A stretch of DNA of 32,000 nt from Pyrodictium abyssi (GTDB lineage: Archaea > Thermoproteota > Thermoprotei_A > Sulfolobales > Pyrodictiaceae), in contig NZ_AP028907.1 of the NCBI RefSeq assembly GCF_036323395.1, positions 1,290,001 through 1,322,000 on the forward strand. Reading direction: 5' to 3'. Shown here in pieces: positions 8,969-17,595 of this stretch. The notes under the pieces are model-generated. The model ran no database searches, had not been told where the DNA came from, and worked only from the letters and a program-made list of their open reading frames with translations. The position numbers were made by a program, and so were the translations under genes. Positions within the stretch are counted from its first letter, which is position 1. Every line of letters starts with the position of its first letter.

Positions 8969-11194
8969 CTACTTGACCTCTACTGTGATCTCGCTGAACC
9001 TGGTACCGCCGTATAGTAGCGGGCCAGCGTAGTTGTCTGGGTCTAGGTAGTCGGGCGCCCAGCCGATGATGTAGACGTCGAAGTCACCCTTCTCGGTCTT
9101 ACCTAGTAGTGTCGGCCAGTTGAGCGCCTTCACTGTTATCTTGAAGCCTAGCTGGCCCCAGGTCTGCTGCAACATAGCCGCTATCTTCTCGCGCTGGCTG
9201 TTACCCTTGTTATACCATATCTCTATCGTGTAGTCTGCTGGGTTGATGCCGCTCTTCTGTATCAGCTCAGCAGCCTTGGCGGGATCGAAGGTGTACTTAA
9301 TCACTATGTCGTCGTTGTGGCCTGGGAACCCGGCGGGTATCACGCCGTAGAGCCTCTCTAGGTACCCAGCGTACACGGCGTCCTTTATCTGGTCGAAGGG
9401 TATCATGTACATTAGCGCCTGCCTTACCAGGGTGTTGTCGAACGGCTTCTTCATCGTGTTGAGCACTATGTAGACGATTGTTGGCTCTAGGCCGCCCTCC
9501 TCTACCTTTATCTCGAAGTCAGTGCCCTCCATCTTGTAGCCACGTACATCCTTTAGCCTGTCTAGAGGAATGGCACCAGTGTCTGCCTGGCCGGACTTCA
9601 GTATCTCTATCCTAGAGACAGCGTCGTTGTTTATCAGGTAGATTACTGTCTTGTGGCTGGGCACGCCGTTCTCGCCGTATGGTGGCTGGTTCCATAGAGT
9701 CTTGTTCCAGTAGTAGGGGTTGTACTCGAGGATTATGTAGCTGTTCTCCTTGTACTCCTTGACGTAGTATGGGCCGGTGCCTACGGGCTTCTTGTTGAGC
9801 AGTAGGTGTGTCGGGTCCTGGTCGCCGGGCTGTATGTAGGCTGCCCATGCCTCCGGCTTCTTGCCGTTCTCGCTGGCTGCTAAGGCCTCCTTGTACTTGC
9901 CCTTCAGCTGGTCAACGTTGTCGAAGAGGTACTTCATGGGTATTACGCTTAGGAATGGGTCGCTCAGTATGCTGAGTATAGCGCTGTAGGGCTGGTATAG
10001 CTTGAGCTTTACTACGCCGGCTGTCTCGCCGCTATAGCCGAAGAACTTTAGCAGCTCGTCTAGGCTCTTAGCCTCAATTGTCTTGCCCTTGTAGTCGGCG
10101 TAGATACCGCCGTTTGCTAGTATCTTGTTAAACTCGTCCTCTGTCAGCACGCTGGAGGCGTTTACGTCTATGAACTCTGTCACCATCCAGCTTGGGTCGA
10201 GGCCTAGCCTGGCTACACGCCATATGCTGAACAGTACGTCGACAGCGCTTATGTCATAGGTCTTCTGGTTCCAAGGGTCATAGGCTTTAACACCGCCCCT
10301 TATCACGAAGTACCACTCGGTGCCGTCCTTGTTGTGTGCCCAGGCTACTGCTAGGTCTGGGCTTACCTCCTTAGTCTCATCCTTCCAGAAGGTCACTAGG
10401 GTGTCGCCTATGTTGTGCCATATGGCCCAGCCGAAGGTCTCGTAGTCCGCAGCGGGGTCGAAGGTGTCAGGCCAGCCTATAGTGACTATCACGTATGTGC
10501 TGGGGTCGTTCTTGTAGCCTCCGAGGCCCAGGTCTACGCTGGGGGCGTTCTTGTCCTCCCATAGCAGGTCGTAGCGCTCTGCTAGGGTCGGGTGGTAGTA
10601 GCGGCCGTGGAGCCAGCTCCACTGGGTGCGTACTAGCTTGTACTGGCCTAGCCAGAGGGTTGGGACCTCGTAATTGCTCAGCTTGTATACTGCCTCGTAT
10701 AGTATCTCGCGTATCTCTGGGTTTGTCTCCTTACGGGCCGCCATTATGAGCGCGTCTATCGTCTCGTTGCGGTAGAACGCGGGGTTTATGTCGCTGAAGG
10801 CGAGGGATTTTTCAACTGGCTTGGTCTTCTCCTTGTCTACCACGTACCTTACTACTACCAGCTTCTTGCCGCCCGTGCTTATCTCTGGTATCTCGACGCC
10901 CTTGGGCGCCACCACTACCACTGCCTTGCTGGTCTCGATGACCTTCACCCCCTCGGGCAGCTTAGCCGGCTTAGCCGCTGTGGTTGTGGCGGCTGTCGTC
11001 TGCTGGGTTGTCGTTGTTGCCAGCGTTGTAGCTGGAGTGGCCGCCGTCTCTGCTGCAGATGTGGTAGTCTGCGCGGTTGTTATCTGCGTAGCTGTTGGCG
11101 TCTTCTCGCCGCCGCGGAGGGCTATGAAAGCGCTCGCCACAATGAGGATTAGTACTAGCACACCTATGAGGGCCTTGTTAGAGACCATGGTCAT
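8969..11194 (-). CDS. Oligopeptide/dipeptide ABC transporter substrate-binding protein (SBP_bac_5), short C-terminus
   Basis: N-terminal TM helix, Thr/Ala-rich linker, long SBP_bac_5-like body (TVIYLINNDAVSRIEILKSGQADTGAI...FNPAFYRNETIDALIM), ends shortly after VYIIGWAPDYLDPDNYAGPLLYGG. Confidence 0.88.
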   Translation of the reverse strand: MTMVSNKALIGVLVLILIVASAFIALRGGEKTPTATQITTAQTTTSAAETAATPATTLATTTTQQTTAATTTAAKPAKLPEGVKVIETSKAVVVVAPKGVEIPEISTGGKKLVVVRYVVDKEKTKPVEKSLAFSDINPAFYRNETIDALIMAARKETNPEIREILYEAVYKLSNYEVPTLWLGQYKLVRTQWSWLHGRYYHPTLAERYDLLWEDKNAPSVDLGLGGYKNDPSTYVIVTIGWPDTFDPAADYETFGWAIWHNIGDTLVTFWKDETKEVSPDLAVAWAHNKDGTEWYFVIRGGVKAYDPWNQKTYDISAVDVLFSIWRVARLGLDPSWMVTEFIDVNASSVLTEDEFNKILANGGIYADYKGKTIEAKSLDELLKFFGYSGETAGVVKLKLYQPYSAILSILSDPFLSVIPMKYLFDNVDQLKGKYKEALAASENGKKPEAWAAYIQPGDQDPTHLLLNKKPVGTGPYYVKEYKENSYIILEYNPYYWNKTLWNQPPYGENGVPSHKTVIYLINNDAVSRIEILKSGQADTGAIPLDRLKDVRGYKMEGTDFEIKVEEGGLEPTIVYIVLNTMKKPFDNTLVRQALMYMIPFDQIKDAVYAGYLERLYGVIPAGFPGHNDDIVIKYTFDPAKAAELIQKSGINPADYTIEIWYNKGNSQREKIAAMLQQTWGQLGFKITVKALNWPTLLGKTEKGDFDVYIIGWAPDYLDPDNYAGPLLYGGTRFSEITVEVK

Positions 11195-11265
11195 ACACCT
11201 TTAATCACTCTTTGAGTTTTGGGCTAACCGGTTACCATGTCTACGAGTCGTGATGCCAACTGAGG

Positions 11266-11276
11266 GGCTTTATAAC
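11266..11276 (-). promoter_or_regulatory. TATA-like promoter element for the SBP gene
   Basis: Minus strand reads agggTTATAAAGcccc about 75 nt upstream of the ATG. Confidence 0.5.
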
Positions 11277-11418
11277 CCTAGTGTGCTCTGAAGGCTCTGT
11301 TTTACGTTTAACTATGTGGAACAACGTTCCCGCAAGGGTTATTCAAGGGGCGCCGCAGCCCCCGGGACAACAGCCGGGAGGGGCGCTGGCGGGCCCAAGG
11401 GCTGCCAGGTGAGCTTCT

Positions 11419-12417
11419 GTGGCCGACCTTAAGCGCTTCATAGTGCGTAGGCTCATAACCTTCGTACCCACTATTATAGGTGTGACGCTGCTAGTCTACG
11501 TGATCGCCGCCATCATCCCTGCGAACCCTGCTAAGCTGTGGGCGGGTGGCCAGAAGGCCTCCCCGGAGGTCGTGGAGAGGCTGATCAAGGAGTACCATCT
11601 CGACGAGCCCTGGTACGTCCAGTACTACTACTTCATGAAGAACCTGCTCTTCGGGAATGCCGTGAGCCCTGTGACGCACAACAACGTCTGGGAAGAGATA
11701 ATGGACCGGTTCCTCACCGTTACTCTCCCGCTCACGTTGCTAGCCTTCATAATGATAATTGCTATAGGTATTCCTCTAGGCATTATAGCCGCGATTAAGC
11801 GCGACACCATAGTAGACATGGTTATACGCGGCTTTGCCCTGATAGGCCTCTCTACGCCTATATTCTGGCTCGCCTACCTCATGATATTCCTCCTCTACCC
11901 GCACGGATTGATAACACTGGCCGGTATACCCACCCCGCCGTACAAGATAACGGGTGTGCCTCTGATAGATGCCCTGCTTAAGCTCGACTTTGGCTACCTG
12001 GCTATGCTGCTTAAGAGGCTCTGGCTGCCAGCGCTGATGCTAGCCTATGGCGGTATAGGTTTCATGACCAGGCTTGTGAGGAATAGCTTCCTCGACGCCT
12101 ACACTAGGGACTACGTTGAGTTCATGGAGGCCCGTGGCTTCCCCCGGATGAGGATATACCGGCATGTGCTCCGCAATGCGCTGGCGCCTATAGTGACTAT
12201 GCTAGGGCTGCAGTTCGGCGGGCTCCTAGCAGGCACGCCGATAACCGAGACGGTGTTCGGCCTGCCTGGGCTAGGCCTCTACATGATGCAGGCCATAGAC
12301 AACTTTGACTACATGTCTCTCACCGCGGGTGTGCTACTCGTAGCCTTCATATACACGTCGATGAACCTCATAGTGGACATACTCTACGCTATTATCGACC
12401 CAAGGGTCCGGTACTAG
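11419..12417 (+). CDS. dppB: Oligopeptide ABC transporter permease, DppB/OppB family
   Basis: FIVRRLITFVPTIIGVTLLVYVIAAIIPANPAKLW...EFMEARGFPRMRIYRHVLRNALAPIVTMLGLQFGGLLAGTPITETVFGLPGLG. Confidence 0.95.
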   Translation: MADLKRFIVRRLITFVPTIIGVTLLVYVIAAIIPANPAKLWAGGQKASPEVVERLIKEYHLDEPWYVQYYYFMKNLLFGNAVSPVTHNNVWEEIMDRFLTVTLPLTLLAFIMIIAIGIPLGIIAAIKRDTIVDMVIRGFALIGLSTPIFWLAYLMIFLLYPHGLITLAGIPTPPYKITGVPLIDALLKLDFGYLAMLLKRLWLPALMLAYGGIGFMTRLVRNSFLDAYTRDYVEFMEARGFPRMRIYRHVLRNALAPIVTMLGLQFGGLLAGTPITETVFGLPGLGLYMMQAIDNFDYMSLTAGVLLVAFIYTSMNLIVDILYAIIDPRVRY

Positions 12418-12450
12418 AGCAATAATCCGTCCATACTCCGTCCCGGAGGC

Positions 12451-13650
12451 ATGGTCGTGTTGCCGGGCGAGGTGTACGAGAAGAAGCTCTTAGACCGCGT
12501 GGCTGACGCGCTAGTGGCGGGTTTCGCCGCTATAGCTGACCGGCTGAGCCCTGGCTGGAGCACGAGGAACCGGGGCCGGCTCGACGAGTGGAGGCTGATG
12601 CTCTACACGCTGAACAGGTCGCCCCTAGGCCTAGCAGGAGTAGCGCTCGTGACGTTCTTCCTCTTCCTCGCGTTGTTTGGGCCGCGCATAGCACCTCTCA
12701 GCTACGATAGCCAGATATTCCTATGCGACCCGGATGCACGTCTTGCGCCGCCAGGAACTGTGGTAAACATCCCCGATAACCCGTTCTGCCGGCAGCTCGG
12801 GCTGAAGCCCGGCAACTTCACCATGCTCCTCGGCGGCGACGACTATGGCAGGGACCTATGGAGCCGTATACTCTACGGCGCGCGTACGAGCCTCATAGTG
12901 GCTATACTGGTGATGCTTGTCGGGCCGTGGATAGGCATAGCGCTGGGCCTAATAGCGGGCTATTACGGGGGCATGATAGACGAGCTAATAATGAGGATAA
13001 CCGACGTATTCTTGGCGTTCCCCGGCCTCATCCTGGCTATAGCATTCTCAGCCGTCCTCCCGTACAGGCTCCAGGACTTCATGGAGGCGCACCCGCTCGT
13101 AGCCGACGTGCTCCGTGTACTCTTCGCAGTGAAGCCCAAGGACGAGCCCGCGCTAGCCAGCCTACTGGCCGTGATAGTAGCGCTCTGGCTAGTCTGGTGG
13201 CCAAGCTACGCTAGGCTTGTCAGAGGCATGGTGCTCAGCGCCAGGGAGAACACATACGTTGAGGCGGCCCGGGCCCTGGGTATACCGACGTGGAGGATAC
13301 TCGCCGTACACATACTCCCGAACATAGCGGGCCCGATACTAGTGATGCTCACCATAGACTTTGGCGGCGTCATACTGACCGAGGCTGGTCTGAGCTTCCT
13401 AGGCCTCGGCGCTGTGCCGCCGCTAGCCGACTGGGGCCGGATAATATACGACGGCTCCCAGTACTTCCCGGACAGCTGGTGGCTAGTGTTCTTCCCAGGC
13501 CTCATGATATTCCTCACTGTTTTCGGCTTCAACCTGCTCGGGGACACGCTCCGGGACATACTCGACCCCAAGATACGTAGGAGCATCGAGTTCAAGGTGA
13601 AGAAGACGAAGGCCAGGCAAACAGCGATGACGGGGGAGGTGACACAGTAG
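12451..13650 (+). CDS. dppC: Oligopeptide ABC transporter permease, DppC/OppC family
   Basis: NRSPLGLAGVALVTFFLFLALFGPRIAP...GGDDYGRDLWSRILYGARTSLIVAI...YVEAARALGIPTWRILAVHILPN. Confidence 0.95.
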   Translation: MVVLPGEVYEKKLLDRVADALVAGFAAIADRLSPGWSTRNRGRLDEWRLMLYTLNRSPLGLAGVALVTFFLFLALFGPRIAPLSYDSQIFLCDPDARLAPPGTVVNIPDNPFCRQLGLKPGNFTMLLGGDDYGRDLWSRILYGARTSLIVAILVMLVGPWIGIALGLIAGYYGGMIDELIMRITDVFLAFPGLILAIAFSAVLPYRLQDFMEAHPLVADVLRVLFAVKPKDEPALASLLAVIVALWLVWWPSYARLVRGMVLSARENTYVEAARALGIPTWRILAVHILPNIAGPILVMLTIDFGGVILTEAGLSFLGLGAVPPLADWGRIIYDGSQYFPDSWWLVFFPGLMIFLTVFGFNLLGDTLRDILDPKIRRSIEFKVKKTKARQTAMTGEVTQ

Positions 13651-14660
13651 TGGCTAGGGAGCTCCGCTGCAAAGACCCCATAGTGGAGGTGCGGGGTCTC
13701 TACGTCAACTTCTACACCTACGCCGGGGTAGTGAAGGCTATAGAGGACGTAAGCTTCTGCATCGAGCGTGGCGAGACCTACTGCCTCGTCGGCGAGACGG
13801 GCTGTGGCAAGAGCGTCACTAGCAGGGCCCTGACGAGGCTTATCCGGCCTCCGGGCCGGATAGAGAGGGGGGAGATAATCTACTACCCGGAGCCCGGCAA
13901 ACCCGTGGACATTATGAAGCTGAGCGAGGAGGAGCTCAACCGGATACGTGGCAACGAGATAGCCTACATATTCCAGGACCCTGGTGCCGCGCTCGACCCG
14001 CTCTACGTTATAGGCTACCAGGTATCGGAGACTATGCTCGTCCACGGCAAGATAAGGAAGCTGAAGGAGGGAATCGGGCGCGCAGTAGAGCTGCTAAGGA
14101 GGACACTGATACCAGACCCAGAGTCGCGTGTGAAGGCCTACCCGCACGAGCTGAGCGGCGGCATGAGGCAGAGGAGCGTGATAAGCATAGGCCTGGCTAA
14201 CAAGCCAAAGCTCCTGATAGCCGACGAGCCGACAACGGCCCTGGACGCTACCGTCCAGGCCCAGGTGATGGAGCTACTCCGCCGCCTCAAGCGGGAGGAG
14301 GGGCTCACGCTCCTCCTCATAACCCACAACATGGGCCTCGTGGCCGAGATGTGCGACCGGGTCGCGGTGATGTACGCGGGCCACATAGTAGAGGAGGCTC
14401 CTGTGGTGGAGCTGTTCCGCCGCCCCATGCACCCCTATACGCGGGCGCTTCTCCGGGCCGTACCCGACCCCACCAGGAAGATCGAGAAGCTAGAATCAAT
14501 ACCAGGTACTGTACCGAACCTTGTCAACCCGCCGCCGGGCTGCAGGTTCCACCCAAGGTGCCCCCACGCTATGCCAGTGTGTAGCCAGAGACGCCCGCCA
14601 TACACGCGCGTGAGCGAGAGCCACTACGTGGCCTGCTGGCTATACCCCGAGAAGGCGTGA
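13650..14660 (+). CDS. dppD: Oligopeptide ABC transporter ATP-binding protein, DppD/OppD family
   Basis: GETGCGKSVTSRALTRLI; LSGGMRQRSVISIGLANKPKLLIADEPTTALD; C-terminal oligo_HPY region GCRFHPRCPHAMPVC. GTG start overlaps the dppC stop. Confidence 0.95.
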   Translation: MARELRCKDPIVEVRGLYVNFYTYAGVVKAIEDVSFCIERGETYCLVGETGCGKSVTSRALTRLIRPPGRIERGEIIYYPEPGKPVDIMKLSEEELNRIRGNEIAYIFQDPGAALDPLYVIGYQVSETMLVHGKIRKLKEGIGRAVELLRRTLIPDPESRVKAYPHELSGGMRQRSVISIGLANKPKLLIADEPTTALDATVQAQVMELLRRLKREEGLTLLLITHNMGLVAEMCDRVAVMYAGHIVEEAPVVELFRRPMHPYTRALLRAVPDPTRKIEKLESIPGTVPNLVNPPPGCRFHPRCPHAMPVCSQRRPPYTRVSESHYVACWLYPEKA

Positions 14661-14677
14661 GAAGGGGGTGACGGGCT

Positions 14678-15730
14678 GTGCTCCGTCCCGCGCAGAAGCG
14701 CAGCGAGCAGGACCAGGGCTACAGGGAGGCCCTGGCCGAGCTGGGCAGGATGTTCCCCGGCGAGGAGCCCCTCGTGCTGGTGCACCATCTCCGCAAGTAC
14801 TTCCCGGTGAAGGGCATCTTCTTCACCCGGGACTGGGTGCGCGCGGTCGACGACGTCTCCTTCATGATACCGAGGGGCAAGACGCTGGGGCTCGTGGGCG
14901 AGAGCGGCTCGGGCAAGACTACTATCGGTAGGCTGGTGCTCCGCCTGATAGAGCCAACCTCTGGTAGGGTGTTCTTCGAGGGCCGCGACATATTCAGGCT
15001 AGGGAGGAAGGAGCTTAGGAGGTTCCGCCGCGAGGCGCAGATGGTGTTCCAGGACCCGTATGGTAGCCTTAACCCCCGTATGACCGTGTATGGCCTCATT
15101 ACAGAGGTGCTCCGGGTACACGGTATAGAGGTTGACGACCCGTATAGCTACGTGGTTAGGCTGCTAGAGGAGGTAGGGCTCAACGAGACCCACGTCTACC
15201 GGTACCCCTACGAGTTTAGCGGCGGCCAGCGCCAGAGGATAGCTATAGCCCGTGTGCTAGCCCTGCGCCCCAAGTTCATAGTCCTGGACGAGCCCACTAG
15301 CGCGCTCGACGTGTCCGTGCAGGCCCAGATACTCAACATGCTCCGAGAGCTGCAGGCCCGGCACGGGCTTACCTACCTCTTCATAAGCCACGACCTGGGC
15401 GTCATACGTTACATGAGCGACTACATAGCAGTCATGTATCTCGGCAAGATAATCGAGCTTGGGCCCGCCGAGGAGGTGTTCGAGAAACCCCTCCACCCGT
15501 ACACGGAGATGCTGCTGGCCTCGATACCGGTGCCGGATCCGGAGAAGGCCCGGGCCCCGAGAAGGATAGAGGTGAAGGGCGAGCCGCCTAGCCCGATCAA
15601 CCCGCCGCCGGGCTGCAGGTTCCACCCAAGGTGCTGGAAGCGCGTGGAGAGATGCGGCCAGGAGGAGCCGCCGCTCGTGGAGGCCGAGAGGGGCCACTAC
15701 GTGGCCTGCTGGCTCTACGCCCGCCGCTAG
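14678..15730 (+). CDS. dppF: Oligopeptide ABC transporter ATP-binding protein, DppF/OppF family
   Basis: GESGSGKTTIGRLVLRLI; FSGGQRQRIAIARVLALRPKFIVLDEPTSALD; GCRFHPRCWKRVERC. Confidence 0.95.
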   Translation: MLRPAQKRSEQDQGYREALAELGRMFPGEEPLVLVHHLRKYFPVKGIFFTRDWVRAVDDVSFMIPRGKTLGLVGESGSGKTTIGRLVLRLIEPTSGRVFFEGRDIFRLGRKELRRFRREAQMVFQDPYGSLNPRMTVYGLITEVLRVHGIEVDDPYSYVVRLLEEVGLNETHVYRYPYEFSGGQRQRIAIARVLALRPKFIVLDEPTSALDVSVQAQILNMLRELQARHGLTYLFISHDLGVIRYMSDYIAVMYLGKIIELGPAEEVFEKPLHPYTEMLLASIPVPDPEKARAPRRIEVKGEPPSPINPPPGCRFHPRCWKRVERCGQEEPPLVEAERGHYVACWLYARR

Positions 15731-15749
15731 GAGGGCCGCGTAGGCCCCT

Positions 15750-16673
15750 ATGGCCCTTGTCTGCGTGGAAGCTGCGTGGATGGACCTCGACCTCTCCATG
15801 TACCCTAGTTTTGTCTCCTCGTTCTACAGCTATGCTGGGCCCGGCCGTTGGGCCAAGACCCTGGGGCATGGCAGGGGCCACGTGGTCGAGAAGCTGGGCA
15901 CGAGGCTCTGCTGCCGCGGGCCCGGGTGCAGCGTTGAACTCCTCCACTACCTGTCGGGCCGCTGGTGCCTAGAGAGCTGCAGGCTCCTCGCCCCGGGCCC
16001 CGAGGAGCCTGCTCTGCTGTATCCGGGGCTGGTCGTGGCGGCTTCTCAGCCCCGGGACCGTCTCCTCGCCGCAGCCGCCGTGGCGCTGTCGTGGAGGACG
16101 CGCTACGCCACCAATGTGAGGCGCTGGATGCGCATAGTCTTCGACGGCGTTGTCGACGAGGAGACCGGGGAGGTGGACATAGGCAGGGCCGTGGAGAGGG
16201 CTAGGCGGCTCCCCAGCCCGCAGCCGCGGCGGCTAGCCCGGCTCCTCCCAGCGCTAGCCGAGGCTCTCGGGGACTGGGGCGACCCGGCCGCTCTCCGGAG
16301 GAGGCTCCTAGAACTGCCCGGCGTCGGCCCCAAGACCGCTGACGCCATACTACTGTTCACGGGGGCTTCGAGCGCTGTGGCTCCGGGCGACGTGCATCTC
16401 CAGCGCTTCGCGGCCGAGGTCCTCGGGCTCCGGGGCCTCCGGCCCGCGTCTAAGGACATGTGCCTACGCGGGGGCGCGTGGTGCTCCGCGTGCCCGCTGC
16501 GCGCCGAGTGCCTCCAGGGCCGCATAGTGGAGGCCTACGGCGGCGCTGCTGGCCTCGTCCAGACAACCGCGTACGTGTACGGGAGCCTCGGCAAGGGGGA
16601 CTGGCGGGCTAGGCTCCGCCGCCTGCTGGAGCGGTTCTACACTAGCTCCGGCGGTACCTCGCCTGGGCGGTAG
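15750..16673 (+). CDS. HhH-GPD family DNA glycosylase / endonuclease III-like with [4Fe-4S] loop
   Basis: HhH ELPGVGPKTADAILLF with Lys, VAPGDVHLQRF, and Cys loop CLRGGAWCSACPLRAEC (C-x6-C-x2-C-x5-C). Confidence 0.88.
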   Translation: MALVCVEAAWMDLDLSMYPSFVSSFYSYAGPGRWAKTLGHGRGHVVEKLGTRLCCRGPGCSVELLHYLSGRWCLESCRLLAPGPEEPALLYPGLVVAASQPRDRLLAAAAVALSWRTRYATNVRRWMRIVFDGVVDEETGEVDIGRAVERARRLPSPQPRRLARLLPALAEALGDWGDPAALRRRLLELPGVGPKTADAILLFTGASSAVAPGDVHLQRFAAEVLGLRGLRPASKDMCLRGGAWCSACPLRAECLQGRIVEAYGGAAGLVQTTAYVYGSLGKGDWRARLRRLLERFYTSSGGTSPGR

Positions 16674-17437
16674 GCCCTCCTGGGCCGTAGCCCGGTGCGG
16701 CGGAGCAGCTCCTCCACGTGCCGGTAGAGTATCACGTACTCGGGGTCGATGTTCCCCGCGAGGGCTGGGTGTATGCGGCGTAGCCTCTCGCGTATCCTCT
16801 CGGCGCCGTGCTCGTCTGTGAAGCTGAGCATGACAGCTGGGTACACTTCCTCGCCGGGCTCTAGCCCGTAGGCTACTAGCAGCTCTAGCGCCCGGAGCTG
16901 GAGGCTCCAGGCCTCGGGCCGGGCGCCTGTGAGCATCGTGAACTCCTCGGGGCTCGTGCCCTTTATCGAGACACGCACCTCTATCCCCGCGCCGTGGAAC
17001 GAGGCTAGTCTACGGGCGTACTCCTCCCGGGCCCCTACGAGGATTCCGTTGGTCTCCAGCACGAAGCGGACACCCTCGGAGGTAACGGCCTCCATCACCT
17101 CGACGAGGTGGGTGAAGCCTAGCGTCGGCTCGCCGCCGCTCAGCCTAGCCTGCCTCACCCTTGCCCGCCGCGCCAGCTCGGTGAGCCTCTCCGCCGCCTC
17201 GCTGGGCGTGAGCAGCTCCCCGGCTCTGGGGTTGCCCCAGGTGAACCTGTAGGCCCAGCAGAACTCGCACCGGAGGATACAACCAACCACGTCACCCGTC
17301 ACTATGCCCCCGTACCACCGGTCCCGGCGGAACCTGTAGTAGCGGCGTAGCTGCACGCCGCCGCGCCAAGGCGCCACGACGGGCTCGAGCCTCTCCGCCA
17401 TCTTCACAGGGTCGTAGCCTCCCACGCTGCGGGCCAC
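16637..17437 (-). CDS. Radical SAM protein of unknown function
   Basis: CILRCEFCWAYR (CxxxCxxC), SGGEPTL, FVLETNG, overlap with the 3' end of the glycosylase. Confidence 0.88.
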   Translation of the reverse strand: MARSVGGYDPVKMAERLEPVVAPWRGGVQLRRYYRFRRDRWYGGIVTGDVVGCILRCEFCWAYRFTWGNPRAGELLTPSEAAERLTELARRARVRQARLSGGEPTLGFTHLVEVMEAVTSEGVRFVLETNGILVGAREEYARRLASFHGAGIEVRVSIKGTSPEEFTMLTGARPEAWSLQLRALELLVAYGLEPGEEVYPAVMLSFTDEHGAERIRERLRRIHPALAGNIDPEYVILYRHVEELLRRTGLRPRRAYRPGEVPPELV

Positions 17438-17568
17438 GGCCCTGGAGCCACCTCGTATGACCTTATTCGCTCCCCGGGCGGGCCGCCGGAGGAGCGATGT
17501 GGCTGACCCTAATTGTGCCCGTTATTGTTCCGGCCGGGCGAGCCTCTTATTAGCATAGCATCCCCTGA

Positions 17569-17595
17569 GGGATGATAACTCTGGGGATGATTACT
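17569..17595 (+). repeat. Two near-identical 12-mers with 15-nt period
   Basis: GGGATGATAACT (17569-17580) and GGGATGATTACT (17584-17595). Confidence 0.6.

Noticed and set aside
2960-14740. Similar peptides RDQGYQQALEDA (end of the 2501..3037 gene) and QDQGYREALAEL (start of DppF)
   Set aside because: Short, helix-like and isolated; most likely coincidence with no supporting homology around it.
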